NCBI GenBank assembly: GCA_017993955.1
Contig: JAGOLR010000006.1
Span: 1 to 59,524 of the forward strand
Direction of reading: 5' to 3'
DNA length: 59,524 bases
From: Candidatus Omnitrophota bacterium
Lineage (GTDB): Bacteria > Omnitrophota > Gorgyraeia > 2-01-FULL-45-10
Position numbers and translations under genes: made by a program. Of the stretch, positions 43,887 through 52,452 are shown one piece after another (position 1 is the stretch's first letter; the number at the start of each line of letters is the position of its first letter). The notes below the pieces were generated by a model. It was not told where the DNA came from. It ran no database searches and was given only the letters and a program-made list of their open reading frames with translations.

Positions 43887-45182
43887 TTAGAGCTTTATCA
43901 CGGAGTCGAATGTACCGAAAGAGTTCTGCTCCAGATTTTTATTGTCTGAATCTATGGTCCACTCACCGTCGACTACGTATTTGTACTTATACTTATTACC
44001 CGGGGCCAGTTGAATACGCTTCTCCCACCTTCCCTCAGCGGTTCTGGATAGGCGGCTGGAGTCGTTGATCTTCCAGTGATTGAAGTCACCTACAAGAAAT
44101 ATATCCTTAGCGTTAGGCGCGTTTATGGCAAAGGTGATCTCCTTTTCGGAGTCTGTGTCGACTATGGGACTCTGTGACGCAGGAGCCGCGTTTTGGACGA
44201 CGGCCTCTTCTGTGAGGGTTTTCGGCGCTACCGTTTCTATCTCATTCTTTACTACAGGCGCAGTAGTTGTAACGGGATCGACCCTGTCTTCTACCGGAGA
44301 AGCGGTGGTTAACGTTACGGGTTCGGGCTCGCTGGTTGTAGCGACCCGGTCTTTTTTCACATCATCGATATTTTTCACTATAGATGATATCTTCATATCC
44401 TTTTCGAACTCTGATACGCCGTCGACCCGAAGGATTTCATGCGCCAAAGCCAGATAATCGATCGCGCCGTTGGATTCCCTGTCGAATTGCACTACGGACA
44501 TCCCCCTGGCGGCGGCTTTTTTCAGGGATATGCTCATCCTTATGACGGTCGAGAGCATCTGCTCTTTGAAGAACGAGCGTATGTCTTCGAGCATAGTCTG
44601 GCAATATTTTGTCCTTTTATCGTAGATGGTGCCCAGGGCATTGACGCGCGGCGAGTGGTGTATCTTTATCTTTATAAGCTCCAGCATCCCTAAAAGCTTC
44701 CCCACTCCCATGAGAGAGAAGGCGCTCATGTCTATCGGGACTATTATGTATTCCGCCGCGCGGAGGGCATTGAATGTTAGAAAGCCCAGGCTGGGCGGGC
44801 AATCTATTATCGCGTAATCGTAGTCGAGTTTTCCGTCATAAAGGGACTGGTGCAGTTTGGATACGGCGTCCTCTTTATCTTTCAGCTCCTGCTCCAGCGT
44901 GCTCAAAAGTATATTAGAAGTGACCATGTCAAGCTTATCGCTTACATTGGTTATGCACTCAGTTATAAGGCGGTGTTTTTCAAGATTTTCGGTCAGGACG
45001 TTGTATATGGACCTGTCTACGGTCTGGTTTGTCGCTCCCAGGCCGAAAGTCGCGTGGGCCTGCGGGTCCAGATCTATGAGGAGCACCCTTACTCCGGATA
45101 CGGCCAATGCGCTTGCCAGGTTTATGGCTGTCGTAGTCTTACCGCAGCCGCCTTTTTGGTTTGCTATTGCGATAGTCTTCAT
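43887..45182 (-). CDS. ParA/Soj/MinD-type ATPase fused to C-terminal CBM48/AMPK-beta-type glycogen-binding domain
   Basis: KTIAIANQKGGCGKTTTAINLA...LIDLDPQ; T/P/V/E-rich linker; ITFAINAPNAKDIFLVGDFNHWKI...GRWEKRIQLAPGNKYKYKYVVDGEWTIDSDN; AAGGAGA SD. Confidence 0.8.
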   Translation of the reverse strand: MKTIAIANQKGGCGKTTTAINLASALAVSGVRVLLIDLDPQAHATFGLGATNQTVDRSIYNVLTENLEKHRLITECITNVSDKLDMVTSNILLSTLEQELKDKEDAVSKLHQSLYDGKLDYDYAIIDCPPSLGFLTFNALRAAEYIIVPIDMSAFSLMGVGKLLGMLELIKIKIHHSPRVNALGTIYDKRTKYCQTMLEDIRSFFKEQMLSTVIRMSISLKKAAARGMSVVQFDRESNGAIDYLALAHEILRVDGVSEFEKDMKISSIVKNIDDVKKDRVATTSEPEPVTLTTASPVEDRVDPVTTTAPVVKNEIETVAPKTLTEEAVVQNAAPASQSPIVDTDSEKEITFAINAPNAKDIFLVGDFNHWKINDSSRLSRTAEGRWEKRIQLAPGNKYKYKYVVDGEWTIDSDNKNLEQNSFGTFDSVIKL

Positions 45183-45217
45183 GCCGCGCCTCTCCTTTTA
45201 GTATGAAACAACAAGAT

Positions 45218-45257
45218 AAAAAAATACACAGATCGTCTTTTTAATTCAATCTGTGTA
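45218..45257 (-). terminator. Rho-independent terminator after purQ (TACACAGAT-loop-ATCTGTGTA + T7)
   Basis: 9-bp perfect stem, 15-nt loop, seven T on the - strand. Confidence 0.65.
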
Positions 45258-45388
45258 ATATGAGGTTTATCTGTTTAATCATAATTTTATATTTGCTAAT
45301 AAATATACGCTATAAATCGTATATTGACAACCTTTTTAGTTAAAAAATTATGGAAAGCCAGATCGTTAAATCCATCAAATATTTAACT

Positions 45389-46210
45389 CTATAGATGTTT
45401 TTTAGCAAAATCGACGCCGCTTTTAAATATCGCTAGCCCATCTCCGTCACCTCTGTGGTTTGACCTTGTCCATGCCGGGTGTTGACTGTAATGTATATGC
45501 CTCTCGGGGTGTGGCATAAGTCCGAAGACCCTGCCCGTCGGATCGCATATGCCGGCGATGCTTTCCACTGAACCATTCGGGTTGTGAGGATATCCCGAAC
45601 GCCTGCCGTTGCTGTCAGAATATTCAAATACGATCAGCCCCTCGTCCCGCAATCTCTTAAGTATCGATCCGTCGCGCGGGATGAACTTACCCTCTCCATG
45701 CGCTACGGGTAGATAGATTATGTCTTTCAACCCGCGCGTCCATACGCATTTTGTTTTTTCGATTTTTAACTTTTCGCTTTTCGCTTTACGCTTTACACTT
45801 TTTAGGTGCACCCACCGGTCCTCGAATTTATCGGAATCGTTCAGGGTAAGCGTGGTCTCTATAGTCTTGAAATCTCCCGAAAGATTCGGCAGCAGCCCTG
45901 ATTTTACGAGTATCTGGAAACCGTTGCATATGCCTATTATGAGCTTGCCTTCGGATATGAAGCGGACCAGACTGTCTTTTAATTTGAATTTAAGCTCATT
46001 AGCCACTATCTTACCGCTTGCTATATCGTCCCCGTATGTGAAGCCGCCGGGTATCGCAAGTATCTGATATTCCGATAAAGACTTTTCCTTATTGCGCAGG
46101 GCATTTATATGAACGAGCTCAGTAGACGCGCCCGCCCTTTCGAAGGCGAAGGCCGTCTCTTTGTCGCAGTTTGTTCCGGCGGTTCTTAGTATTATGACTT
46201 TGACTGACAT
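45389..46210 (-). CDS. purQ: Phosphoribosylformylglycinamidine synthase glutaminase subunit
   Basis: LAIPGGFTYGDD, GICNGFQIL (nucleophile Cys), VAHGEGKF, MPHPER. Confidence 0.9.
   Translation of the reverse strand: MSVKVIILRTAGTNCDKETAFAFERAGASTELVHINALRNKEKSLSEYQILAIPGGFTYGDDIASGKIVANELKFKLKDSLVRFISEGKLIIGICNGFQILVKSGLLPNLSGDFKTIETTLTLNDSDKFEDRWVHLKSVKRKAKSEKLKIEKTKCVWTRGLKDIIYLPVAHGEGKFIPRDGSILKRLRDEGLIVFEYSDSNGRRSGYPHNPNGSVESIAGICDPTGRVFGLMPHPERHIHYSQHPAWTRSNHRGDGDGLAIFKSGVDFAKKHL
45771..45798. repeat. Intragenic 7-nt tandem array (TTTTCGC TTTTCGC TTTACGC TTTACAC) inside purQ
   Basis: Four consecutive units; on the coding strand encodes part of the Lys-rich stretch KSVKRKAKSEKLKIEKTK. 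Confidence 0.7.
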
Positions 46211-46223
46211 AAGTAAACTTTCT

Positions 46224-46400
46224 AGCGTATAGCGGATAGCGTTTAGCGTATAGGGAAAAACGTCATTGCGAGCGAACGTAGTGAGCGAAGCAATCTAATA
46301 AAGAGATTACTTCGTCGGAAAACAGTCTATCGATACCCTCCCCGCAATGACAACGCAAGTATTTTTGTTTTTCTATGCGCTATCCGCTAAACGCTACAAC
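46224..46400. repeat. Composite element d: 7-nt array (AGCGTAT AGCGGAT AGCGTTT AGCGTAT) + palindromic element 46262-46351 + inverted 7-nt array (CTATGCG CTATCCG CTAAACG CTACAAC)
   Basis: Read directly between purQ and purSL; right arm of core is degenerate (CCCCGCAATGAC). Confidence 0.7.
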
Positions 46401-49258
46401 TTTTTGAACGTTGACTGCCATGAATTCTTTAAAGCGTCGATGGTCGTATTTACGATTGTCTTATCGTCGAAGTTGCGTATATTGAATGTTTTGCCCTTTA
46501 CGGTTTTGCCCAGTTTCCATACCGGGAAACCGTCCATGGCGGCAAGGAATTTCTTTTCATCCTCGATCTCCAATACGAATCTGGTGTTCGATTCCGAGAA
46601 AAGAACAGTGTGATCAGGAAGTATCTTCTGTCCGAAAGGCAGTATCCCCGGGTCGAGCCTGATATCCATGCCGATCCCGCCGGAAAACGCCATTTCTGCG
46701 AGAGCAACGGCCATTCCTCCGTCGGAGCAGTCGTGGCAAGACCTGACGAGGCCTTTATCGATAGCATGGCTTAATGCCTCCATGAGCTTCTTGCTGTATT
46801 CTGGGTCGAGTCTGGGGACATTGTTCCCGACGAATCCTTTCATCTTGTAATATTGTGATCCGCCCAGCTCATCATGGGTGATACCCACGATGTAGACGCT
46901 GTTTCCCGGACTTTTTATGTCCATGGTTATGGCCTTGGAGACATCATCCATTATAGCTATACATGATATAAGAAGAGTCGGCGGTATGGAGATGGTCTCT
47001 TTTCCGGTGGAGAATTCATTGTTTAAGCTGTCCTTACCTGAAATGAACGGCACCTCATAAACCTTGGCAACGTCATAGCATGCCTGGGAGGCTCTCACCA
47101 ATCCGCCAAGCCTATCCGGCTTGTTACAATTCCCCCAGCAGAAATTGTCCAATATAGCCGCTCTGTCGATCTTTCCTCCTACCGAGACTACCTGGCGCAA
47201 GGCTTCGTCTATGGCGCTTGCCGCCATCCAGTAAGGGTCTATCTTGCCGTAGTCAGGATTTATCCCGCAGGATAGTATGATGCCCTTCATGGAACTAAGT
47301 ATAGGCCGGGTTATAGACGCATCTCCCGGCCCGTCATGGTTTATCCCCTGGAGAGGTTTTAATACGCTCCCGCCTTGCACCTCATGGTCATACTGGCGTA
47401 TGATCCATTCCTTGCTTGCGATGTTTGGCATGGCGAAGAGTTTGAGAAGATCGCCGGTTAGATTGCCCCTTGTAGTAATATTCGGTTCTTTGTGAAGAGG
47501 TCTCTTCCATACGGCTTTTCTCCGCACGTTCGGTACGCCGTCATGTATAAACTTCATTGCGATGTCGCAGACATTCTCGCCTTTATAAAAGAGCCTCAAC
47601 CGCCCGTCATCCGTGAATTCGCCTATAGCGGTCGCCTCTACATTCTCCTGCTCGAAGACCTTTTTAAGCCTTGCGAGATTTTCAGGAGGGACTGCGAGCA
47701 CCATGCGCTCTTGTGCTTCGGATATCCATATCTCTGAATAGCTTAGCCCTTTATACTTCAAAGGTACCTTATCGAGATCTACCCTTGCGCCGAGTTCCTC
47801 GCCCATCTCCCCCACCGCGCTGGATAGCCCCCCGGCGCCGCAATCGGTTATTGCGGTATATAATCCCATGTCCCTGGCCTGGAGAATGGTGTCTGTCATC
47901 TTCTTTTCCTGTATGGGGTTACCTATCTGAACGGCGGATCCAGATACGGTCTCCGACTCATGGGTAAGCTCTCCCGAAGAGAAAGTGGCTCCGTGTATTC
48001 CGTCTCTTCCAGTCCTTCCACCTACCACTACTACCAGATCGCCTTTTCGCGCCTTCTTGAAGTCCTTATCCTTAGGCATGACCCCGACATTTCCGCAGAA
48101 GACGAGGGGGTTACCTACAAAATTCTCATCGAAAAGAACGGCGCCGTTTGACGTGGGTATGCCCATGCGGTTACCATAGTCACGCACTCCCGAGACAACT
48201 CCCTTCATGACCCTTTTGGGATGAAGAGAACCTTTTGGGAGTTTTTTGTAAGGATAGTCCATCGGACCGAAGCAGAATATGTCCGTATTAATTATTGGTT
48301 TTGCGCCCAATCCCGTGCCGAGTGGATCCCGTATGACGCCGCCTATGCCGGTACCGGCGCCTCCGTATGGTTCCAGAGCAGACGGATGGTTGTGAGTTTC
48401 CACCTTGAAACAGACATCGTGCTTTTCATCGAATCTTATTATTCCGGAATTGTCCTTAAATACTGAAACACACCAGGGTTTGGCGAGCTCTTCGGTGACC
48501 TTCATGACCGTGCTTTTCAGCAAGTTCTTTATTACCTTGCCTTCGTATTCTATGAGGCCTCTGAATGTCTTGTGCTTACAGTGTTCGGACCATGTCTGCG
48601 CTATGGTCTCGAGTTCGCAATCGGTAGGGTTCCTTTTTAACTTTTTGAAGTAGTCTTTTATGGCGCGCATTTCGTCGAGGCTGAGGAATAACTGCCCGTC
48701 CTTGGATATTTTAGCCAGACGTTCGTCGCTTGCATGAAGGATATCCACTGTGGTCAATTTGAAATTGTAAGGTGGGGGCTCCGGCGGTATGCTTGAATGG
48801 CCTATGACGAGATGTTGGATGACTTTGTTATAAAGTATCTTATCGGCTATTGCGCGTATGTCTTTATAGGATAGGCTGCCTTTGATAAGATATTTTCTGG
48901 CGGTCTTCACCGTTCTTATGTCTTTGATACCGAGGTCTTTTACGGCCTTCTTGGCGCTCTCCTCTACCGGATCCATAACGCCGGGATTATAGGCGACCTC
49001 TACGATCTTATATCCCTTATCTTCGGGGTTTGCCTCATCACCTATCTTGTAGTCCTGAGTTATCGGATCAGTAAACAGATTCTTGCACAGAAGTTTTACG
49101 TCGGGCTCTTCAAGACCTCCCTCGATCAGATAGACCTGCACGGTCTTGACTTCCTTGACCTTGCCTTTATACCCGAGATCGGAGATGTCCTTCTTTACGC
49201 TTTCGCCTAAGGCGTCGTAAAAACCTTTTTTTTCGCGGACTTCTATTCTGTATGTCAT
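46394..49258 (-). CDS. purL: Phosphoribosylformylglycinamidine synthase, PurS-like N-terminal domains fused to PurL
   Basis: N-terminal MTYRIEVREKKGFYDALG...VQVYLIEG (PurS-like, duplicated) then PurL blocks ETHNHPSALEPYGGAGTGIGGVIRD, ISGKDSLNNE; start 49258 (ATG) or 49288 (TTG). Confidence 0.9.
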   Translation of the reverse strand: MTYRIEVREKKGFYDALGESVKKDISDLGYKGKVKEVKTVQVYLIEGGLEEPDVKLLCKNLFTDPITQDYKIGDEANPEDKGYKIVEVAYNPGVMDPVEESAKKAVKDLGIKDIRTVKTARKYLIKGSLSYKDIRAIADKILYNKVIQHLVIGHSSIPPEPPPYNFKLTTVDILHASDERLAKISKDGQLFLSLDEMRAIKDYFKKLKRNPTDCELETIAQTWSEHCKHKTFRGLIEYEGKVIKNLLKSTVMKVTEELAKPWCVSVFKDNSGIIRFDEKHDVCFKVETHNHPSALEPYGGAGTGIGGVIRDPLGTGLGAKPIINTDIFCFGPMDYPYKKLPKGSLHPKRVMKGVVSGVRDYGNRMGIPTSNGAVLFDENFVGNPLVFCGNVGVMPKDKDFKKARKGDLVVVVGGRTGRDGIHGATFSSGELTHESETVSGSAVQIGNPIQEKKMTDTILQARDMGLYTAITDCGAGGLSSAVGEMGEELGARVDLDKVPLKYKGLSYSEIWISEAQERMVLAVPPENLARLKKVFEQENVEATAIGEFTDDGRLRLFYKGENVCDIAMKFIHDGVPNVRRKAVWKRPLHKEPNITTRGNLTGDLLKLFAMPNIASKEWIIRQYDHEVQGGSVLKPLQGINHDGPGDASITRPILSSMKGIILSCGINPDYGKIDPYWMAASAIDEALRQVVSVGGKIDRAAILDNFCWGNCNKPDRLGGLVRASQACYDVAKVYEVPFISGKDSLNNEFSTGKETISIPPTLLISCIAIMDDVSKAITMDIKSPGNSVYIVGITHDELGGSQYYKMKGFVGNNVPRLDPEYSKKLMEALSHAIDKGLVRSCHDCSDGGMAVALAEMAFSGGIGMDIRLDPGILPFGQKILPDHTVLFSESNTRFVLEIEDEKKFLAAMDGFPVWKLGKTVKGKTFNIRNFDDKTIVNTTIDALKNSWQSTFKKL

Positions 49259-49307
49259 TTTTCCTGTTATTTTACTAAAAACTAGCAACTGACAACCAGT
49301 AACTTAA

Positions 49308-50846
49308 TTATTCCCACTCGATCGTCGATGGCGGTTTCGAGCTGATGTCGTATACTACCCTGTTTACGCCTTTCACCTCGTTTATTATCCTGTTAGATAT
49401 CTTGCCGAGTACGTCGTAAGGTATCTTAGCCCAATCCGCGGTCATACCATCCACGCTTGTAACGGCCCGGACAGCTACGACGTTTTCATACGTTCTTTCA
49501 TCGCCCATGACCCCGACCGATTTTATGGGCAGTAGCACCGCGAACGCCTGCCATATCTTATCGTAAAGCTTTTCTTTGTGCAGAGTCTGGATGAACCGGT
49601 CATCCACCTCGCGAAGGATGTCGCAGCGTTCCCGCGTGACATCTCCCAATATGCGTATGGCAAGCCCGGGACCGGGGAAAGGATGGCGGCCGAGCACTTC
49701 GGCGGGCATCTTAAGCTCTCTGCCTACCATCCGGACTTCATCCTTGAATAGATATTTAAGCGGCTCTATGAGTTTCAGGCGCATCTTCTTGGGCAGTCCA
49801 CCTACGTTATGATGCGTCTTTATGGTGGCGCTGGGCCCTCCAAAGGCTGAACGGGATTCTATAAGATCGGGATAGAGAGTGCCCTGAGCCAGGAATTTAA
49901 CATTTCCTATCTTCTTAGCCTCCCTGTCGAACACTTTTATAAAGGTTCTGCCTATTATCTTCCTTTTCTTCTCCGGTTCCGTTACGCCTCTAAGATTTTT
50001 TAAGAACTCCTCCGAAGCGTCGATGCAGCGTAAGTTTATCTTAAAATGTTTCTGGAATACTTCCCTGACCAGCCTGGCCTCGTTCTTTCGCAGGAGTCCG
50101 TTGTCGACGAATATGCACACAAGCCTGTGTCCTATCGCTTTATTTATAAGAACGGCCGCTACGGACGAGTCTACGCCCCCTGATAGTCCCAGGACCACTT
50201 TGTCGTTGCCGGCGGTATTTCTTATATCGCGGACGGTCTCATCCACAAAAGACCGCATCGACCAATCGGCCTTGGTGCCGCATATCTCCCTTACAAAGTT
50301 TTTTATTACGGATTTGCCGTGCTCGGTATGGGCAACTTCCGGATGGAACTGCACTCCAAAGAACTTCTTTTTGGGATTGGCGAATGCGGCTATGGAAGTG
50401 TTTCTGGACAGGGCCAAGCGCTTAAAACCTTTGGGCATATGCCTTACTTTATCCCCGTGGCTCATCCACGTGACGCTCTTTTTCGGTATACCTTTGAATA
50501 ACATGTCCGGGCTGGTGACCGTGAGGACGGCCCGGCCGTATTCCCTGGAATGGGCGCGTTCCACTTGCCCTCCCAGCATCTTTGCCATAAGCTGCATGCC
50601 GTAACATATCCCCAGCACCGGTATGCCAAGGTTTAAGAGCCCCGGATCGCAGGTGGGAGCTCCGTGCGCGTATACGCTGGCTGGCCCACCGGAAAGTATA
50701 ATGCCTTTGATGTCGCGCCTGTCTATTTCTGACATCTTTGTATCCGGCGGTACTATCTCGCAATAGACATTATGCTCGCGCACCTTTCTGGCTATGAGCT
50801 GGTTGTATTGCGAACCGAAGTCGATGATCAGTATCTTTTCACGCAT
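49308..50846 (-). CDS. guaA: GMP synthase (glutamine-hydrolysing)
   Basis: GICYGMQ glutaminase Cys, [13 protein letters not shown]-loop, C-terminal PPSTIEWE. Confidence 0.95.
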   Translation of the reverse strand: MREKILIIDFGSQYNQLIARKVREHNVYCEIVPPDTKMSEIDRRDIKGIILSGGPASVYAHGAPTCDPGLLNLGIPVLGICYGMQLMAKMLGGQVERAHSREYGRAVLTVTSPDMLFKGIPKKSVTWMSHGDKVRHMPKGFKRLALSRNTSIAAFANPKKKFFGVQFHPEVAHTEHGKSVIKNFVREICGTKADWSMRSFVDETVRDIRNTAGNDKVVLGLSGGVDSSVAAVLINKAIGHRLVCIFVDNGLLRKNEARLVREVFQKHFKINLRCIDASEEFLKNLRGVTEPEKKRKIIGRTFIKVFDREAKKIGNVKFLAQGTLYPDLIESRSAFGGPSATIKTHHNVGGLPKKMRLKLIEPLKYLFKDEVRMVGRELKMPAEVLGRHPFPGPGLAIRILGDVTRERCDILREVDDRFIQTLHKEKLYDKIWQAFAVLLPIKSVGVMGDERTYENVVAVRAVTSVDGMTADWAKIPYDVLGKISNRIINEVKGVNRVVYDISSKPPSTIEWE

Positions 50847-50861
50847 AAGTAAACATAAGTT

Positions 50862-52271
50862 TTAAGTTTTCTTTGATACTCCTTCGCATCTCGTCCGCTC
50901 CAGCGCTTTCTTATAAGGCGGTTTACAGATGGAGGTCGGGTAGTCCCCGGTGAAGCATGCGGTGCAAAACTCCTCCTTAGGCAGGAGCATCGCGCCGAGC
51001 ATGCCCTCGAGGCTTAAGTATTTAAGGCTATCGACCCCTACGAATTGTCTTATCTCCTCGATGGAATGGTTCGATGCTATAAGCTCTTTTTTCGTCGGGA
51101 AGTCTATGCCGTAGAAGCATGGTGATATCAATGGCGGACAGCTGACGCGCATATGTATCTCTTTTGCCCCGGCCTCGCGCAGGGCTTTCACGCGGCTTCT
51201 CGACGTAGTGCCTCTCACTATCGAATCCTCCACTATCACTATGCGCTTACCTTTCAAAAGGTCGCGTATGGGGTTTAATTTTACCTTGACCTTAAAATCA
51301 CGTATAAGCTGACTAGGTTGTATGAAAGTCCTTCCGATGTAATGGTTCCTCACGTAGGCCATCTCAAGCGGTATCCGCGATTCTTCCGCGTATCCCAGTG
51401 CGGCATAGGTGCCTGAATCCGGGATGGGCATGACTATATCAGCCTCCACCGGGTGTTCTTTTGCCAGGGCGCGGCCTAGATTTTTTCTCGAAAGATATAC
51501 GCTTTTGTTGAAAATGTTGGAATCGGGCCTTGAGAAATATATGTATTCGAATATGCAAAAAGCGTGGCGCTTCTCTTCAGGCTGTTTCAGCGAAGTTATT
51601 CCGCTTTTATCAATTATGACGACCTCGCCAGGTTCAACGTCCCTGATGTAGGAGGCCTGTATCATGTCGAGCGCGCAGGTTTCGCTGGCTACGATATAAC
51701 CGCCGTCGATCTTGCCTATGCATAAAGGTCTGAAACCGTGCGGGTCACGCATGGCGTATATCTTGTCGTTTATCATCACGACAAAAGAATAGGAGCCTTC
51801 CATCCTTGACGCTATGGGCAGGATCTTCTGGACGTAGTTATTTTTGTGATCGCGGACGAGGAAATGTATGATGAGCTCCGAATCCATGGTCGTCTGGAGT
51901 ATAGACCCCGCATCCTCCAGTTCGTTCCTTAGGGCTACGGAATTTGTGAGGTTACCATTATGTGCTACGGCTATGAAACCTTTTTTGTGGTTTATAAGAA
52001 GAGGCTGGACGTTCTTTACCGTAGATGAACCGGTGGTGGAGTATCTGACGTGGCCTATCGCGAGGTGTCCTTTTAATTTCTTGAGGACGCTTTCGGAAAA
52101 TACGTTTCCTACAAGCCCCATGCCTTTATGCTGGTATACTCTTTTCCCGTCATGGCTTACTATGCCGGCGGACTCCTCTCCTCTGTGCTGGAGCGCGTAT
52201 AGCGCCAGGTATGTCAACTGAGCGGCGTTTTTGTGGCCGTATATGCCGACTACTCCACAATAATCATGCAT
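50862..52271 (-). CDS. purF: Amidophosphoribosyltransferase
   Basis: MHDYCGVVGI (N-terminal nucleophile Cys), PRTase loop VIVEDSIVRGTT, C-terminal Cys cluster. Confidence 0.95.
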   Translation of the reverse strand: MHDYCGVVGIYGHKNAAQLTYLALYALQHRGEESAGIVSHDGKRVYQHKGMGLVGNVFSESVLKKLKGHLAIGHVRYSTTGSSTVKNVQPLLINHKKGFIAVAHNGNLTNSVALRNELEDAGSILQTTMDSELIIHFLVRDHKNNYVQKILPIASRMEGSYSFVVMINDKIYAMRDPHGFRPLCIGKIDGGYIVASETCALDMIQASYIRDVEPGEVVIIDKSGITSLKQPEEKRHAFCIFEYIYFSRPDSNIFNKSVYLSRKNLGRALAKEHPVEADIVMPIPDSGTYAALGYAEESRIPLEMAYVRNHYIGRTFIQPSQLIRDFKVKVKLNPIRDLLKGKRIVIVEDSIVRGTTSRSRVKALREAGAKEIHMRVSCPPLISPCFYGIDFPTKKELIASNHSIEEIRQFVGVDSLKYLSLEGMLGAMLLPKEEFCTACFTGDYPTSICKPPYKKALERTRCEGVSKKT

Positions 52272-52288
52272 GTAAAAACTCCATGTGT

Positions 52289-52452
52289 AGCGAATAGCGA
52301 TAATAAAACTCGGTCATTGCGAGGAGGATGGCGTCAAGCTATTTTTCCGACGAAGCAATCTCTTTTAGATTGCTTCGCTCACTGCGTTCGCTCGCAATGA
52401 CGACTTTTTTACTTTTCCTATGCGCTACCCGCTAAACGCTATACGCTATTTT
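52289..52452. repeat. Composite element e: short 7-nt array + complete palindromic element 52313-52401 + inverted 7-nt array (CTATGCG CTACCCG CTAAACG CTATACG CTATTTT)
   Basis: Read directly between purF and carB; carB stop codon lies in the last unit. Confidence 0.75.
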
